A DNA stretch of 63,925 nt, counting the filler, from Kipferlia bialata (taxonomy: Eukaryota): the NCBI GenBank assembly GCA_003568945.1. It is 6 parts of 5 records of this genome, joined end to end, with 100 filler letters (N's around TTAATTAATTAA, not from the genome) between each part and the next. Parts side by side here need not be neighbours in the genome. Positions count along the whole stretch, not along the records: positions 29,778 to 49,751 come from BDIP01000403.1; positions 49,852 to 59,048 come from BDIP01000404.1; 4 more parts are not named here. The stretch is one strand, 5' to 3'. Positions 37,662-49,943 of this stretch are shown here, in pieces. Both the position numbers and the translations under genes were made by a program. Numbering within the stretch: the first letter of the stretch is position 1; each line of letters begins with the position of its first letter. Below the pieces are notes generated by a model, which saw nothing but the letters and a program-made list of their open reading frames with translations, did not search any database and was not told where the DNA came from.

Positions 37662-38437
37662 NNNNNNNNNNNNNNNNNNNNNNNNNNNNNNNNNNNNNNN
37701 NNNNNNNNNNNNNNNNNNNNNNNNNNNNNNNNNNNNNNNNNNNNNNNNNNNNNNNNNNNNNNNNNNNNNNNNNNNNNNNNNNNNNNNNNNNNNNNNNNNN
37801 NNNNNNNNNNNNNNNNNNNNNNNNNNNNNNNNNNNNNNNNNNNNNNNNNNNNNNNNNNNNNNNNNNNNNNNNNNNNNNNNNNNNNNNNNNNNNNNNNNNN
37901 NNNNNNNNNNNNNNNNNNNNNNNNNNNNNNNNNNNNNNNNNNNNNNNNNNNNNNNNNNNNNNNNNNNNNNNNNNNNNNNNNNNNNNNNNNNNNNNNNNNN
38001 NNNNNNNNNNNNNNNNNNNNNNNNNNNNNNNNNNNNNNNNNNNNNNNNNNNNNNNNNNNNNNNNNNNNNNNNNNNNNNNNNNNNNNNNNNNNNNNNNNNN
38101 NNNNNNNNNNNNNNNNNNNNNNNNNNNNNNNNNNNNNNNNNNNNNNNNNNNNNNNNNNNNNNNNNNNNNNNNNNNNNNNNNNNNNNNNNNNNNNNNNNNN
38201 NNNNNNNNNNNNNNNNNNNNNNNNNNNNNNNNNNNNNNNNNNNNNNNNNNNNNNNNNNNNNNNNNNNNNNNNNNNNNNNNNNNNNNNNNNNNNNNNNNNN
38301 NNNNNNNNNNNNNNNNNNNNNNNNNNNNNNNNNNNNNNNNNNNNNNNNNNNNNNNNNNNNNNNNNNNNNNNNNNNNNNNNNNNNNNNNNNNNNNNNNNNN
38401 NNNNNNNNNNNNNNNNNNNNNNNNNNNNNNNNNNNNN
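37662..38437. other. Sized scaffold gap (N run) hiding the 3' ends of the convergent MBL and eIF2-gamma genes
   Basis: Plain N run without the TTAA linker, preceded by a poly-C intronic tract. Confidence 0.9.
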
Positions 38438-40636
38438 GCTCAGACACCTAGGGGTGAGACAGGGGGAGAGAGAGAGAGAGGGGGGGGGGGTTGTATGCAT
38501 TCCTGTGCCTCATATATACACCACACTCCCTCTGGGTACACACCTGGGAGGAGGCGCCAGCTGCACTCTTCTTGCCCACCAGCATCCTCATCAGCTGGTA
38601 CTTGACGTAGATGGTGGTGTAGATCTGGGGCAGACACTTGGGGCGACCGGCAAGGTGACCCACAAGACGATCCTTCCTGGGGTGAGAGAAGGGACAATAG
38701 AACAATCCACATGTTACTTCAACCTGTGATGTGTATACATATATATATATACATACACACTAACCTGGTGAGCGTGGGGTCCACGAGCAGCCCCATGCCA
38801 ATCAGGCCTCCTGGCACGGCAAAGGACAGCTCGTTCTGCTCGGCCTGGAGGGTGACCACCCTGGTGAGGAGGGGCCTGCACCTGAATGTGCCGTTCTTCA
38901 GCCTGTGGATCACACCGGGCTTGATCTCAATCTCATCCCCAAGACGCATCAGACCTGGGGTCAGGGGGGGAGGGGGGGGGGGAGGGGGAGAGAGAGAGAG
39001 AGGAAGAGCAAAGACAAGAGAGTTATAGACAATTACAGACAGACACGAGCGTACCCTGGAGCAGGGAACCTCCTGCGATTCCTCCCTTGAGCTCCTCTGG
39101 GGTGGTGCCTGGGGGTGAGCAGAGGACACGAGGATATATACAGACTACTGCAGGGGAGCACCGCACCTGGCTTGTTGACATCGAATGATCTGATGATGAC
39201 GAAGATGGGGGGGAGGGTGAAGTCACGCCTGGGCACACGGATGGCGCGGCACAGGTACTCAACCACAACGTCAATGTTGTATCCAAGCTGGGCAGACACT
39301 GGGGTTGGAGGAACAGTGAGAGAGAGGGGGTATATGAAGGGGTGAGTACCCAGGGGGGGGGTTAAGAGAGAAACAATTACTGATTGACCCATGCTACATG
39401 TACCGTATCTCCGTATCTGTCATATCCACACCAGACTACTCCCACCATAGCATATATATGCAGTGTACCTGGCAGCACTGGGAAGTCCTTGTTGATGGCC
39501 AGCTGCATGAAGGCCTTGATGTCCTCGTGCTGGGATAAGGGGTGACACTATGCATAGGGACATGAGGAGACTACTAAGCACACCCACACTAGCATACAGG
39601 CATAACAGTGTGCCGATACCTGCTGGATGGCTGCGGCCTCGGACACCAGGTCGATCTTGTTCTGCAGCACAATGATCTGCTCCAGCTTGACAATGTCAAC
39701 GGCAGCAAGGTGCTCACGTGTCTGGGGTGGGAGGGGAAGAGGGGGGAGAGGCAGGAAGGGACGCCGCAACACAATACAGCTTCACACTACAAAGCGGAAT
39801 GAAATATACATAAATGAATATACATACACCCAATTACCTGGGGCTGGGGGCAGGGCTCGTTGGCAGCGATGAGGAGAAGGGCTGCGTCCATAACAGCAGC
39901 ACCAGTAAGCATAGTAGCCATAAGGATATCGTGACCTGGGGGGTGAGGGGAAAGAAAGTAGTCCCAAGATTGGGAGAATACAGGCATCTTATGCTGGTTC
40001 AATAGTGCTTGGGATACCTGGGCAATCGACAAAGGACACGTGCCTCTGCAGAACCATCTCATTCTGGGGTGAGGATGATATGTGACAACAACCCATGCAC
40101 GGATCAGAGATGTAAGTGAACTACCCCCACTTCTGGTCTGATACAACCCTTCTTCTCCTGCCGACCCCTCCCTCTCCCCATGACACACCCAACACGCGTC
40201 CAATGACACAGATACAACCACACCACACACAATATAGTGTGGGACACACCTGGCAGCTGGGGCAGCGGGGGGAGTCCTCCTTGTTGGATCCGAAGGCACA
40301 GTAGGCAGAGGGAGCAGGGCACACGGTACACTTGTACAGCTTGGCATTGGCGTATCCCAGCTTGATAGTAATGTTCCTCTTCAGCTCAGCGTTGAACCTG
40401 ACAGTCTGGAGGTGAGTAGAGCCCAGCTATTATGACATCAACATGCACAAAACCAGAATAGTACCCACCTGAACTCCTGTGATAGCCTTAACCACAGTGG
40501 ACTTGCCGTGGGCCACATGACCGATAGTTCCGATGTTGATAGTGGCCTGACGGGAGATTACGTCAGGGTGAAGGGGGTGCATCTCCTCTATAGGCATGTC
40601 AACACGCTGCTGGACCAGGTGGGCGGGCTTCAACAT
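38438..40636 (-). CDS. EIF2S3: Translation initiation factor eIF2 gamma subunit (3' end in gap)
   Basis: [129 protein letters not shown]. Confidence 0.97.
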
Positions 40637-40931
40637 CTCTACGATCTCTATTATCCACGAAACAGACCAGCAATGCTCGTTTGGGTGCGACCTCCGACTT
40701 TGATGCCGGATAATTTGTGGTGAAAGGGTGTAGTGGCTAGACAAAAAGAGTTCCATCCGTTGCATTACCTCTTTGAGGATCAGTATAGGCCGCGTGTCTG
40801 AGTCTCAGGATCAATTGTGGTCCTTGGGGAGTACGCATACACCTGTCAAAGGTGATATTGTTAGGGAGCGCACGGAGGCGGCGAGATTGGCATGCCAGGG
40901 TCTGAGCGGCGACCCTTGATAGAGCAGGGTG

Positions 40932-43900
40932 ATGGTGGATACGGTGGATATGGGGAGGGGGGTTGTCCAGACCCAGATGAGGGGTCAAAAGGTAGAAAAG
41001 GAGGGCGCAAGAGCAGGTATGTTGCATGGGAGTGCATGTAACATAATTCGCATGGTATCGGTGCGACCGTACTCCTCTACAACCCCCCATTGCTTAGTGC
41101 CATATACACATCTAGTGACCGTATATATATAGTTTTCGGTCACAATTAGGCAGGGATGAGTCTTGGTAACCCCCCCCCCCCCCCATTTCCATTCCTCTGT
41201 GATTGCATCTCAATGGTCCGTCTTGATCATGACGTTTGACCCCCAGGCTGTCACTCCCCCTCTCTGCGTACTACCTGGCTCTGGCTGGGTTTCTGTTCAA
41301 CTTCAAGGTGGGCCCTGTATACACAAGTCTGTTGTGCAGTTACAAACTGAATCCCCCCCTTCCCCCCCTCTGACCCCCAGCCCAGCGAGGCCTTCCTCAC
41401 GCCTTACATGATCAATTACAAGGTGGGGAAGACGGTGATTGGTACACTGTGGTGCTTCTCTGGGATGTCAAGGGGTGTATATGGACAGTCTCGATATATA
41501 CGCGATTGTGATTTTATTGGTAACGATTCTGTTGTACGCGGTATTCACATGTACCCCATCTGTGTACATCCCCCCCCCCCCCTCTGACTGTAGGGCATCT
41601 CCGAGGACCAGCTAGTCAATGCCATCTACCCCATATGGACATATGCCAACGCAGTGCTGCTGGGTGGGTGTCTTCTATATATTTATATATATATAGAAGT
41701 ATATATATATATATCCTTGGTCACGGCCTGATACTGCTCTCACCCCAGTCCTGTTCACCTGGCTGTGCGCCAAGGGTGTTGGGTACATTGCCCTGCTGTG
41801 GGTGGGGATGGTGGCTAGGTGGGTGGGGAATGGGTGTGTGTTAGTGTGACACTGAGAGTGGGATATACCCCCCCCCCCCCCCACCCCAGGCTCTCCACCC
41901 GGCTCATCCTCATCTTTGGGTATGGCATGTTCTGGATGGGACTCAGCCAGGTACTGTATAGTATAGATAGATATAGATACATATATAGAGGGAAGTATAT
42001 ATATATATATATGTATATAGTATATATACCAGTGCACCATGGCATGTTCTGGATGGGACTCAGCCAGGTACTCTATAGTATATTCAGTACATACGTGCTG
42101 CAGTGTATGTATTCTACTGGGGTTCTGGATGGGGCTCAGCCAGGTGGGGAGACATGATATACTGTGTGTACACACATATTAAGTGTATATACACTCTAGA
42201 CATGTTCTGGATGGGCTCAGGCAGGGTAACAGGAGGCGTATCCTCTGTCACATACATTCATATGGTTCTCCCATCATCCTACCCCCCAGGTGACCTTTGC
42301 GCTGACCACTGCGTCTGATGCCATATACTTTGCGGCCATATACTACTTTGTGCAGGAGGTGGAGGAGGAGAGAGAAGCCAGGCGCACTCGGCACACCCAG
42401 GGGCACACCCAGGGGCAGGGCCATCCTCAGACAGGTGCCCAGGCCGATGCCGACAGGGGTGCCCTGTTCCGGTCCAGCACTGCCCTGTCCAGAGTGTCAT
42501 CCCTCAGTGCACACCTGCTGTCTGCAATCATAGGCCAGGTATGGGTGGCAGTATGAGTGGCAGTGTCTATACTATAGGCCTGATACTGATACTATAGGCC
42601 AGGTATGGGTGGCAGTGTCTATACTATGGGCTAGGTGTTGGTGTCAGTGGTGTGAATGGCCCTGGCTCAGCATGACCACAATGTATCCATGGTCTATATC
42701 TCTACATCTCTATATCTCTACATCTCTCTCCAACCCCCACGCCAGGTGCTGATCTCTGTGTATGACTATGAGCTGCCCCTGCTGTTTGACATGTCCCTGG
42801 TCTCTGTCAGCCTGGCTGTCATCCCCATGGCCATGCTCACCCACAGGCTCAGGGGGGGCAGTGGCAGGGGGGACACAGGGGAGGGGGAGAGAGAGGGGGT
42901 GGTGAGGGAGGAGAGGGAGGGGTGTATGCATGCAGAGGCAGAGAGCGAGGACATACATCCGTGTGTACCCTCTCTCCCCATATCCTCTCTCTCTCTCGTG
43001 CATCACGGAGATGGAGAGCGAGAGACAGAGGTGTGGGAGGGTGTCAACCTGGGGGATGAGAGCCCCCACCTCCCCTCCTCCCTCTTAGGCTGGGAGGGCA
43101 GTGTCACAGGGAGTGTCAGTGAGATGTATGAGGGGGACAGGGAGGGGGAGAGTGAGGTTAGACATGGGGAGAGGGGTGTAGGGAGGGGTAGAGAAGGAGG
43201 GAGCGACACCTCCAGTGAAGAGAAGGTGGGAGAGAGGGAGGGTGTGTTGTCCCTGTTCAGAGTCACCCTGCCCCACTCTCTACTCTATCTGGTACTCGTT
43301 GCCTGTCACGGCCTGGTCCTCAACTATGTCACGGTGGTCTTCCAGGACATTGCCCCAGACACGGTATGGCATGCTGTGTCAGATACCGATACATTGCAGT
43401 TGTGTCTCTCATAATGATGTCTCACCCCAGGACTACAATGGGGTGGCCATTGCAGCAGGAAGGGCAGCTGGGTGTATAGGTAAGGATTCTGTGTGCATAC
43501 ATGTGTACAATGTTCCATATTTAGCCCCCCACCGTGCCTCAACCCAGGGTCAGTGTTTGGCCCCTGGCTCATGAACTCTCTCTCCAGACGTAGGCTGAGG
43601 CGCTGCCACCCCTACACAGAGTGTGGTATGGGGACTGACATGGGGGTAGCAGCCCCTCTACCCCTGTCTGTGTCTGTGGGTGGCAGGGGCGAGGGTGTGC
43701 TGGGCCTTGTCCTACCAGTGACCCTGGCACTCACCTTCATCCTCATAGCAGTCAGGTGCCATTGTCGATGTGCATACATGTGCTTCCATTGACACTCTAG
43801 TGTTGTTCACCAAACCGGCACCCTCCCCCTCACCCCCAGCGAGGGCATTATGGCCCTAGATACAGACAGCCTGGCATGGGCATTTGCGGCATATGCCCTG

Positions 43901-45069
43901 TACTACTATGCAGGTGGGTATCAGTGTCAGGACATATGATAGTAGAACTAGATACTGATACTGATACTGTGGCATATGCCCTGTACTACTATGCAGGTAT
44001 GGGTCGTCATCGTGTAGATATAGTATATATTATATATGTGTTGATGAGAGGTGTCCTTGTGTCTCTGACTCCCACCCCTCTCCCACCTCAGCTGAGCTCT
44101 GCACCACCCTGCTCTCCGCCCAGATGGCACTCGCACTCAGCATTCATACAGCAAGGTGGCTAGGGGTGCACACGTTGTGTATATATATTGATATACTCGA
44201 CTGGTGGTACTGTAGTAGTATTGTGTTGTTTGTTAAGTAGCTAATAGGTGTTCAGGGTGCATTTTCCGAACCAGTGCAGTGTGTGTATGTGTCTGCGTCT
44301 GACCCCAGGGTGAGTGTGCCCAAGTGGCCAGTCGTGGGTGAGAGGGGGGACGAGATACGGGAGGGAGAGAGGGTCAGTGGCACCCATCCCCAGTCCAATA
44401 GCCAGAGTGCTAGGTCCAAGGGCCATAGGTCCAAGGGCATGGGAGAACAGGATGGCGGGTACAGGTATATAATTATAATAGTGGGTGCAGGAGTCAGGGT
44501 TATGGGTATCCCTTTCCTCTCTTCTCTATACCCCCTCATTTACCCCCTCCTCAGTATCAGTACCATCACTCTATGTATTCTCACTAGTGTGTATGTATTC
44601 ATTTACCTATGCATGCCTGTCCCCTGTGATGCCCCCCCCTGACCCCCAGCTCTCTCTTCTCAGCGGTGGCCATGCTCAGTGCCGTGGTGCAGGGACTCAT
44701 ACAGGTGGGGTGTAGATTAGTGGATGCGTATATATGTATATGGGTACTCCTGTAGAGAGGGCGTTATGAGGAATGCCTGTGTTTGTATTCTATATATGTC
44801 ACCCCCCCCCCCTCTGACCCCAGGGCGTGCTGTTCTCTACATGGGTCCCATCCATACCTGGCCTCAGTGCCCTGTCCAGGTGTGACATGTGTGTGTGTGT
44901 GTGCATGAGTTCTTATGGTACACATCTATCGGTTATCATGTTCCCCGCACCTATTTCTATAGTGTGTGTATATGGCGCCTCTCTAGTGTCTTCCCTCACC
45001 CCCAGCCACTTTGTTGAGATGTCAGTGCTCAGTGTAGGGATGGGTGTGCTGGCCCTGGTCAGACACTGA
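40932..45069 (+). CDS. SLC19 / reduced-folate-carrier family transporter (folate/thiamine)
   Basis: Spliced: LAGFLFNFKPSEAFLTPYMINYKGISEDQLVNAIYPIWTYA..LSTRLILIFG..MGLSQVTFALTTASDAIYFAAIY..LSAIIGQVLIS..DYNGVAIA, matching SLC19 GF...RPSEPFLTPYL..K....QV.NEIYPVWTY and YNG.V.A. Includes a 16-nt exon (41150-41165). Start codon uncertain. Confidence 0.85.
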
Positions 45070-45160
45070 TACAAAGACTGACACTGACACTGACAGTGAC
45101 ACTGATATTGACACTGACACTGGTACTGACACTGATAGTGACACTGATAGTGACAGTGAG
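45062..45160 (+). repeat. Degenerate (GACACT/GATACT)n hexamer microsatellite just after the SLC19 stop
   Basis: GACACTGATACAAAGACTGACACTGACACTGACAGTGACACTGATATTGACACT...; similar units at ~14206-14230, ~43951-43968 and ~56452-56488. Confidence 0.75.
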
Positions 45161-45206
45161 TGGGGGAGGGTAGGGATAGACACCCAGTGGTGTCATCAGT
45201 CATCAG

Positions 45207-45237
<31 letters not shown>

Positions 45238-45594
45238 GTGGCACCGGTGGGAGGGGGAGATAGGTGCAGAGATACCCATGTCCACACACATACAGGCACA
45301 CACATTCAGATAGCATGGGTGGATCTCCATTCGTTTACATTCATTCATAATATTATATATATTTTGTATCTTGTGCCGTTAGAATAGTAAATACACGCGT
45401 CGTGTCTATTGAGCCAGGGTGAGGTGTATATACACCCTGGTGGTATGTGTGGTGTGTCTATACCACTAGAACGAGTCCCTCTAATAATAGTTATTATACC
45501 CCTAGTAACGTGGGCCTCTCTATGAAAATGAATAGTAATGAATGGCCAGCAGTCGAGGGCTGCTACCCAGGGCATGTACTAGTGCCCCTTCCCC

Positions 45595-48500
45595 CTAGAG
45601 ATGCCCCCCCATGGCCCTCCTCGCAGCCCTCTTGGCCCTGGCTGTCCTAGGGGTGCAGTGCGGTCTGGGGGTGGCACTGCTACCACTGGGGGCAGGTGTT
45701 GCCTGGCCCACGGGGGGTTGGTGCTGTGGGGCAGGGTGTGAGGTGGGTGTGGCTACAGATGGCACGGAGGGGGAGGGAGACATGTGGGGCAGTTCTACAG
45801 TCACTGTTGGAATACCCGCATGCACATACACGTCAGAGGTCCCAGGGGCAGTGGGTCCATTGGGTCCATTGGGTGCATTGGGTGCATTGGGTGCATTGGG
45901 TGCATTGGGTACAGCCCCACCTACAGGCACACTAGGAACACTTGGTGTTGTTCCAGTAGCCCCCTGGGACGCCTGGGGCGGGGTGAACACAAATGGTGAT
46001 TCATCTGTGTTGGGCTTCGTACCCCCTAGACGTCTCCTGGCCCTGACCACCTTCCTCTTGGGTACACCAGCAGGGTCAGTAGGGTGGGGTGCACCCTCGC
46101 CCACTGATGCCCCTGCTGCTCCTGCTGCTGCTGGTGTCTCTGTACCACCACTGTTAGCAGTACTACTAGTGCCCTTTGCAGCAGTCCCACCTCTCCTTTG
46201 GTCCCTCTTGGCATCCCGGGCCTGGTCCCTCTGCCTGTCCTCCTCTCTCTCTCTCTCCTCGGCCTCTGCCTTGGCCCTGACCGCAGCTTCAAACAGAGCC
46301 TTCCTGGGGGTATAAGTATCAGGGTCACTGGCCTATACATATATACACACACACTATGAGCGGCATCAAACAGAGACAGTCTGGGTGAAGGTGAATATAC
46401 ACACGGAAGGTGCATAGACTATGAATATATGCCGTAGAATGCACCCCTCTACAAATGTACATCTGTCTAGCTATGATGTAATATACATACACGTATATAG
46501 TGACACTACCTGGCTGCTTCTCTCGCCAAGTGTTCCTCTTGTCTCTTCCTCTCCTTCGCCCTCCTCTCCTCCTGTCTCCTCTCTCTCTCCTTGGCGTGTT
46601 GGGCCTCTCTCTCTCTCTCAATATTGGCCTTCCTTAGATTCTCCTTCCTCCTGTGGTCTCTCTCCGCCCTTCTCTTGACTGCCTCTGCCTCCCGCTCTGC
46701 TGCTGCTTGGTCCTTGTGGGCCTGTCTCTCTCTCTCTCTCTGCTCTGCATGCTGTGCCTCCGCGGCACTAGGCGCCCCCCACCCCCTTGCAGCCCTTGCA
46801 GCCCTGCCCTTTTTGGGTACCCTTAGCGGGTCATCACTCGCATAGGCACCCCACCCCTGACCCTTCCCCTTGGTCTTGGCCGCAGTCTGCTCCTGGGCCT
46901 GTCTCTCTCTCTCCCTCTTGGCATGGGCCTCCCGCTCCTGTCTCTCTCTCTCCACCTTCTGCTTCTCTCTCTCTCTCTTGGCTCTCTGCTGTCTCTCCCT
47001 CTCTCTCTCCTTCTTCTCTGCCTTACCCCTGCTCTCCCTTCTGTTTCTCTGGCTGTTGGACTCCCACCCAGGCACTCTCTGCCTCGGTCTGTGGGTGTCA
47101 TAGGCAGCCCTCTCCAGGGGGTCGCCCAGCACAGAGTACGCAGCCTGGGGTCAGGGCAGCAGATACTCTCTCAACTATAGCCCCACCTTCCCGTCTATTG
47201 AAGTGTACAAGTGCCGCAGAGAGTTCTATACACTTACACTAACACCACACTAACTACCCCCCCACCCACCTGAACGTCTTTGAACCTCTCTGTCGCCAGC
47301 TTGACCTGGTTGGCATTGCGGTCTGGGGGTGAGGGGTCAACCACCAATGATGCAACCACATATATATATATACACCTATCCCATACATATATACACCTAT
47401 CCCATACATATATACACCTANNNNATACACCTATCCCATACATATATACACCTATCCCATACATATATACACCTATCCCGTACCTGGGTGCCACTTGAGG
47501 GCCAGTGCCCTGTACGCCCTCTTGATGACGGATATGTCACACTGCTCAGGCACACCCAGGACCTGGGGGGAGGGGGGATGGGGGGGTATGTACGGGAACA
47601 TGCAGAGATGTGCCTCTATATGTAGGTGGTGCTATATGATGATACCTCATAGTAGTCGTCCTGGCACTTGATGTACTTGGTACTCCTGGCCCTGTCCTGC
47701 TTGGCCTTGGCACTGGCCTCCTCCTTCTCTCTCTCTCTCTTCTCTCTCTCCTTCCTCTCTGCCTCCTGTCGCTGCTGTGTTTCCACACGCACACGCTCTC
47801 TCTCTCGCTTGGCAGCCTCGGCCCTCTCAGCCTCGGCCTCCTCCTGGGGTGGGACTATGCAGACACCAGATGGTGACAAGGGGTATATGCACATAAAATA
47901 TATATGTGTGTATCCAGACCCCACCTCTCTCTGCTTCTGCTTGGACACAGCCCCGGCCCTCTCTCTCTCTCTCTCTAGCTGTCTCTCTAGCGAGTCTCGC
48001 CGTCTCTCAGCCTTCTCTCGGGCCTCAGTCTCCAGACTCACCTGGGGGGAGAGGGGACAGACAGAGAGAGAGAGAGAGAGAGAGCAGCACCATTCACCAT
48101 TGAATCGTAGTCACACATGACAAATATTCACCCTCATCCTCCCACCTTCCCGGAGAGCACTGCTATCTTCCTCATGAGGTCCTCTCTCTCTGCCGCCCAC
48201 TCTGTCTCTGCCGCTGCTCTCTCTCTCTCCCTCTCTGCCTCCCTCTCTGTCCTCAGGACCACCTCCTGCCGCAGACTGTCTCTCTCGGCCCTGCCCCTCT
48301 GTCTGTCCAGAAGGGCCTGGGACAGCTGAGTGAGTGGGTTAGTATGAATAATACGCGTTATTAGGTGTCATACACTGCAGTGTATGTTATGTATGTCCCA
48401 CTGTCTCCCCAGAAGGGCCTGCGGCAGCTGAGTGAATATGTGGGTAGGTATATATACGCACAATTAGGTGTCCTATACTACAGATGTGCAGAAATGCAGA

Positions 48501-49155
48501 TATGCACCCCCACCCACCTGTGTCTCGAGGGTCTGGTTGGCATGGGTCAGACTGGACACCTGGGGGTCAGGGGCAGGGGAGAGGGGGGTATGCATGGCGG
48601 GGGTTGATAGGATATATATTTAAATACTTACGTACGCACATGTATATATATACGCAGATATATACTGAACACATGGGGGAAGGAGGGCAAGGAAAGGTCC
48701 ACGAGAACGCTATGATGGTACCCCATAGATATATGGAGAACAGGGAACTGTCAACAAGAGTCATATGAAGATATATGAAGATGTCATGAGAAGGACACCC
48801 TACCCACACAGGCACTGGAACTGAGCTACAGAGAAGAGTGCATCCCATATCCCATACATATACACACCACCCCACCCACCTGGGATCTGGCAGCCTGTAG
48901 CTCAGCTGCCAGGCACACCTCCTCCACACCCACCCTTGGACACTGGGGTAGGGGGGTAGAGGTACCCCCACTGGTGTCTGACTGGGTGTCTCCCTCTGCC
49001 TCCCCCTCCCCCTCCCCCTCTGTGTCAGATGGGTTGAGGCTGACACCTAGATAGGAGGCATCCAGAGGAGGCTCCTCCCCCTCCCCACACACACCAGCCC
49101 CCACACCTTGGCCACACACCCCACTCACATGCAGGTGGGTCTCTGCCACAGGCAT
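45595..49155 (-). CDS. J-domain (DnaJ/Hsp40) protein with long E/R/K coiled coils and a Pro-rich C-terminus
   Basis: Spliced J-domain [65 protein letters not shown] with intact HPD, spread over four exons. Start approximate. Confidence 0.85.
47370..47480. repeat. Intronic 21-nt tandem repeat (ATACACCTATCCCATACATAT)n
   Basis: About 5 copies in the intron that splits the J-domain HP|D codons; small N gap inside. Confidence 0.85.
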
Positions 49156-49707
49156 GCACACTGCAGGGACACAAGGGTGTGCACTGATACTGCTATAGTG
49201 CAGGCTGTGTGGAGAGACACCATCTCTGAGTCAGAGCCCTGCGAAACAATCCAACCCTTTGATCAACATTCAAAAATATTCGCCGAGGTGACACACGTTT
49301 ACAGTCATCTCTCGAGACTCTCTTCACCGCAAGTAGACTTGGGATGGCTGAGTTCGACATCCACAGCGAGGAGAGCAGGTACTGACACAGGGATAGGTGG
49401 AGATGGCACAGTGAGGAGCCGTGTGTTTCAACACGCATTATTGTTTCTTAGTGTTGGTGTTTCTGTTCCTATGCATTGTGGCTACTTGTTCAGAGATGTC
49501 ATAGGGGTAAGGCTTAATTGCTGTTACTGTTCCACTGTACAGTGTTTGTGTTGTATCTAATGGGTGATGTGTTATTATTTGTACCGGTATAATCAATGGA
49601 GTTGTGTATAGAGTGGTCTGGTGCACATACTGTGTCATACCCCCACTTCATTGTATCACGTGCTGAGAGGCACTACATTGTGCAGGACTCCACCTCCCTT
49701 CTCTCTC

Positions 49708-49751
<44 letters not shown>

Positions 49752-49851
49752 NNNNNNNNNNNNNNNNNNNNNNNNNNNNNNNNNNNNNNNNNNNNTTAAT
49801 TAATTAANNNNNNNNNNNNNNNNNNNNNNNNNNNNNNNNNNNNNNNNNNNN
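49752..49851. other. Artificial contig-joining linker
   Basis: N44-TTAATTAATTAA-N44. Confidence 0.97.
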
Positions 49852-49943
49852 TTGCCCAGGTTTTTTTTTTTTCCCCCCCCCCCCCCCTCCCCTCGTCTTT
49901 CCTCTGATCTGACTCCTGCATGTCACATCTGACACTTACCTCA

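Noticed and set aside
37389..38729. Long ORFs (321-378 aa) in the ORF track
   Set aside because: They consist mostly of the N gap and poly-C/G tracts.
45611..46315. 234-aa hydrophobic plus-strand ORF (GALGALGA...)
   Set aside because: Antisense shadow of the DnaJ gene's last exon; the same applies to many S/L-rich antisense ORFs over E/R-rich exons.
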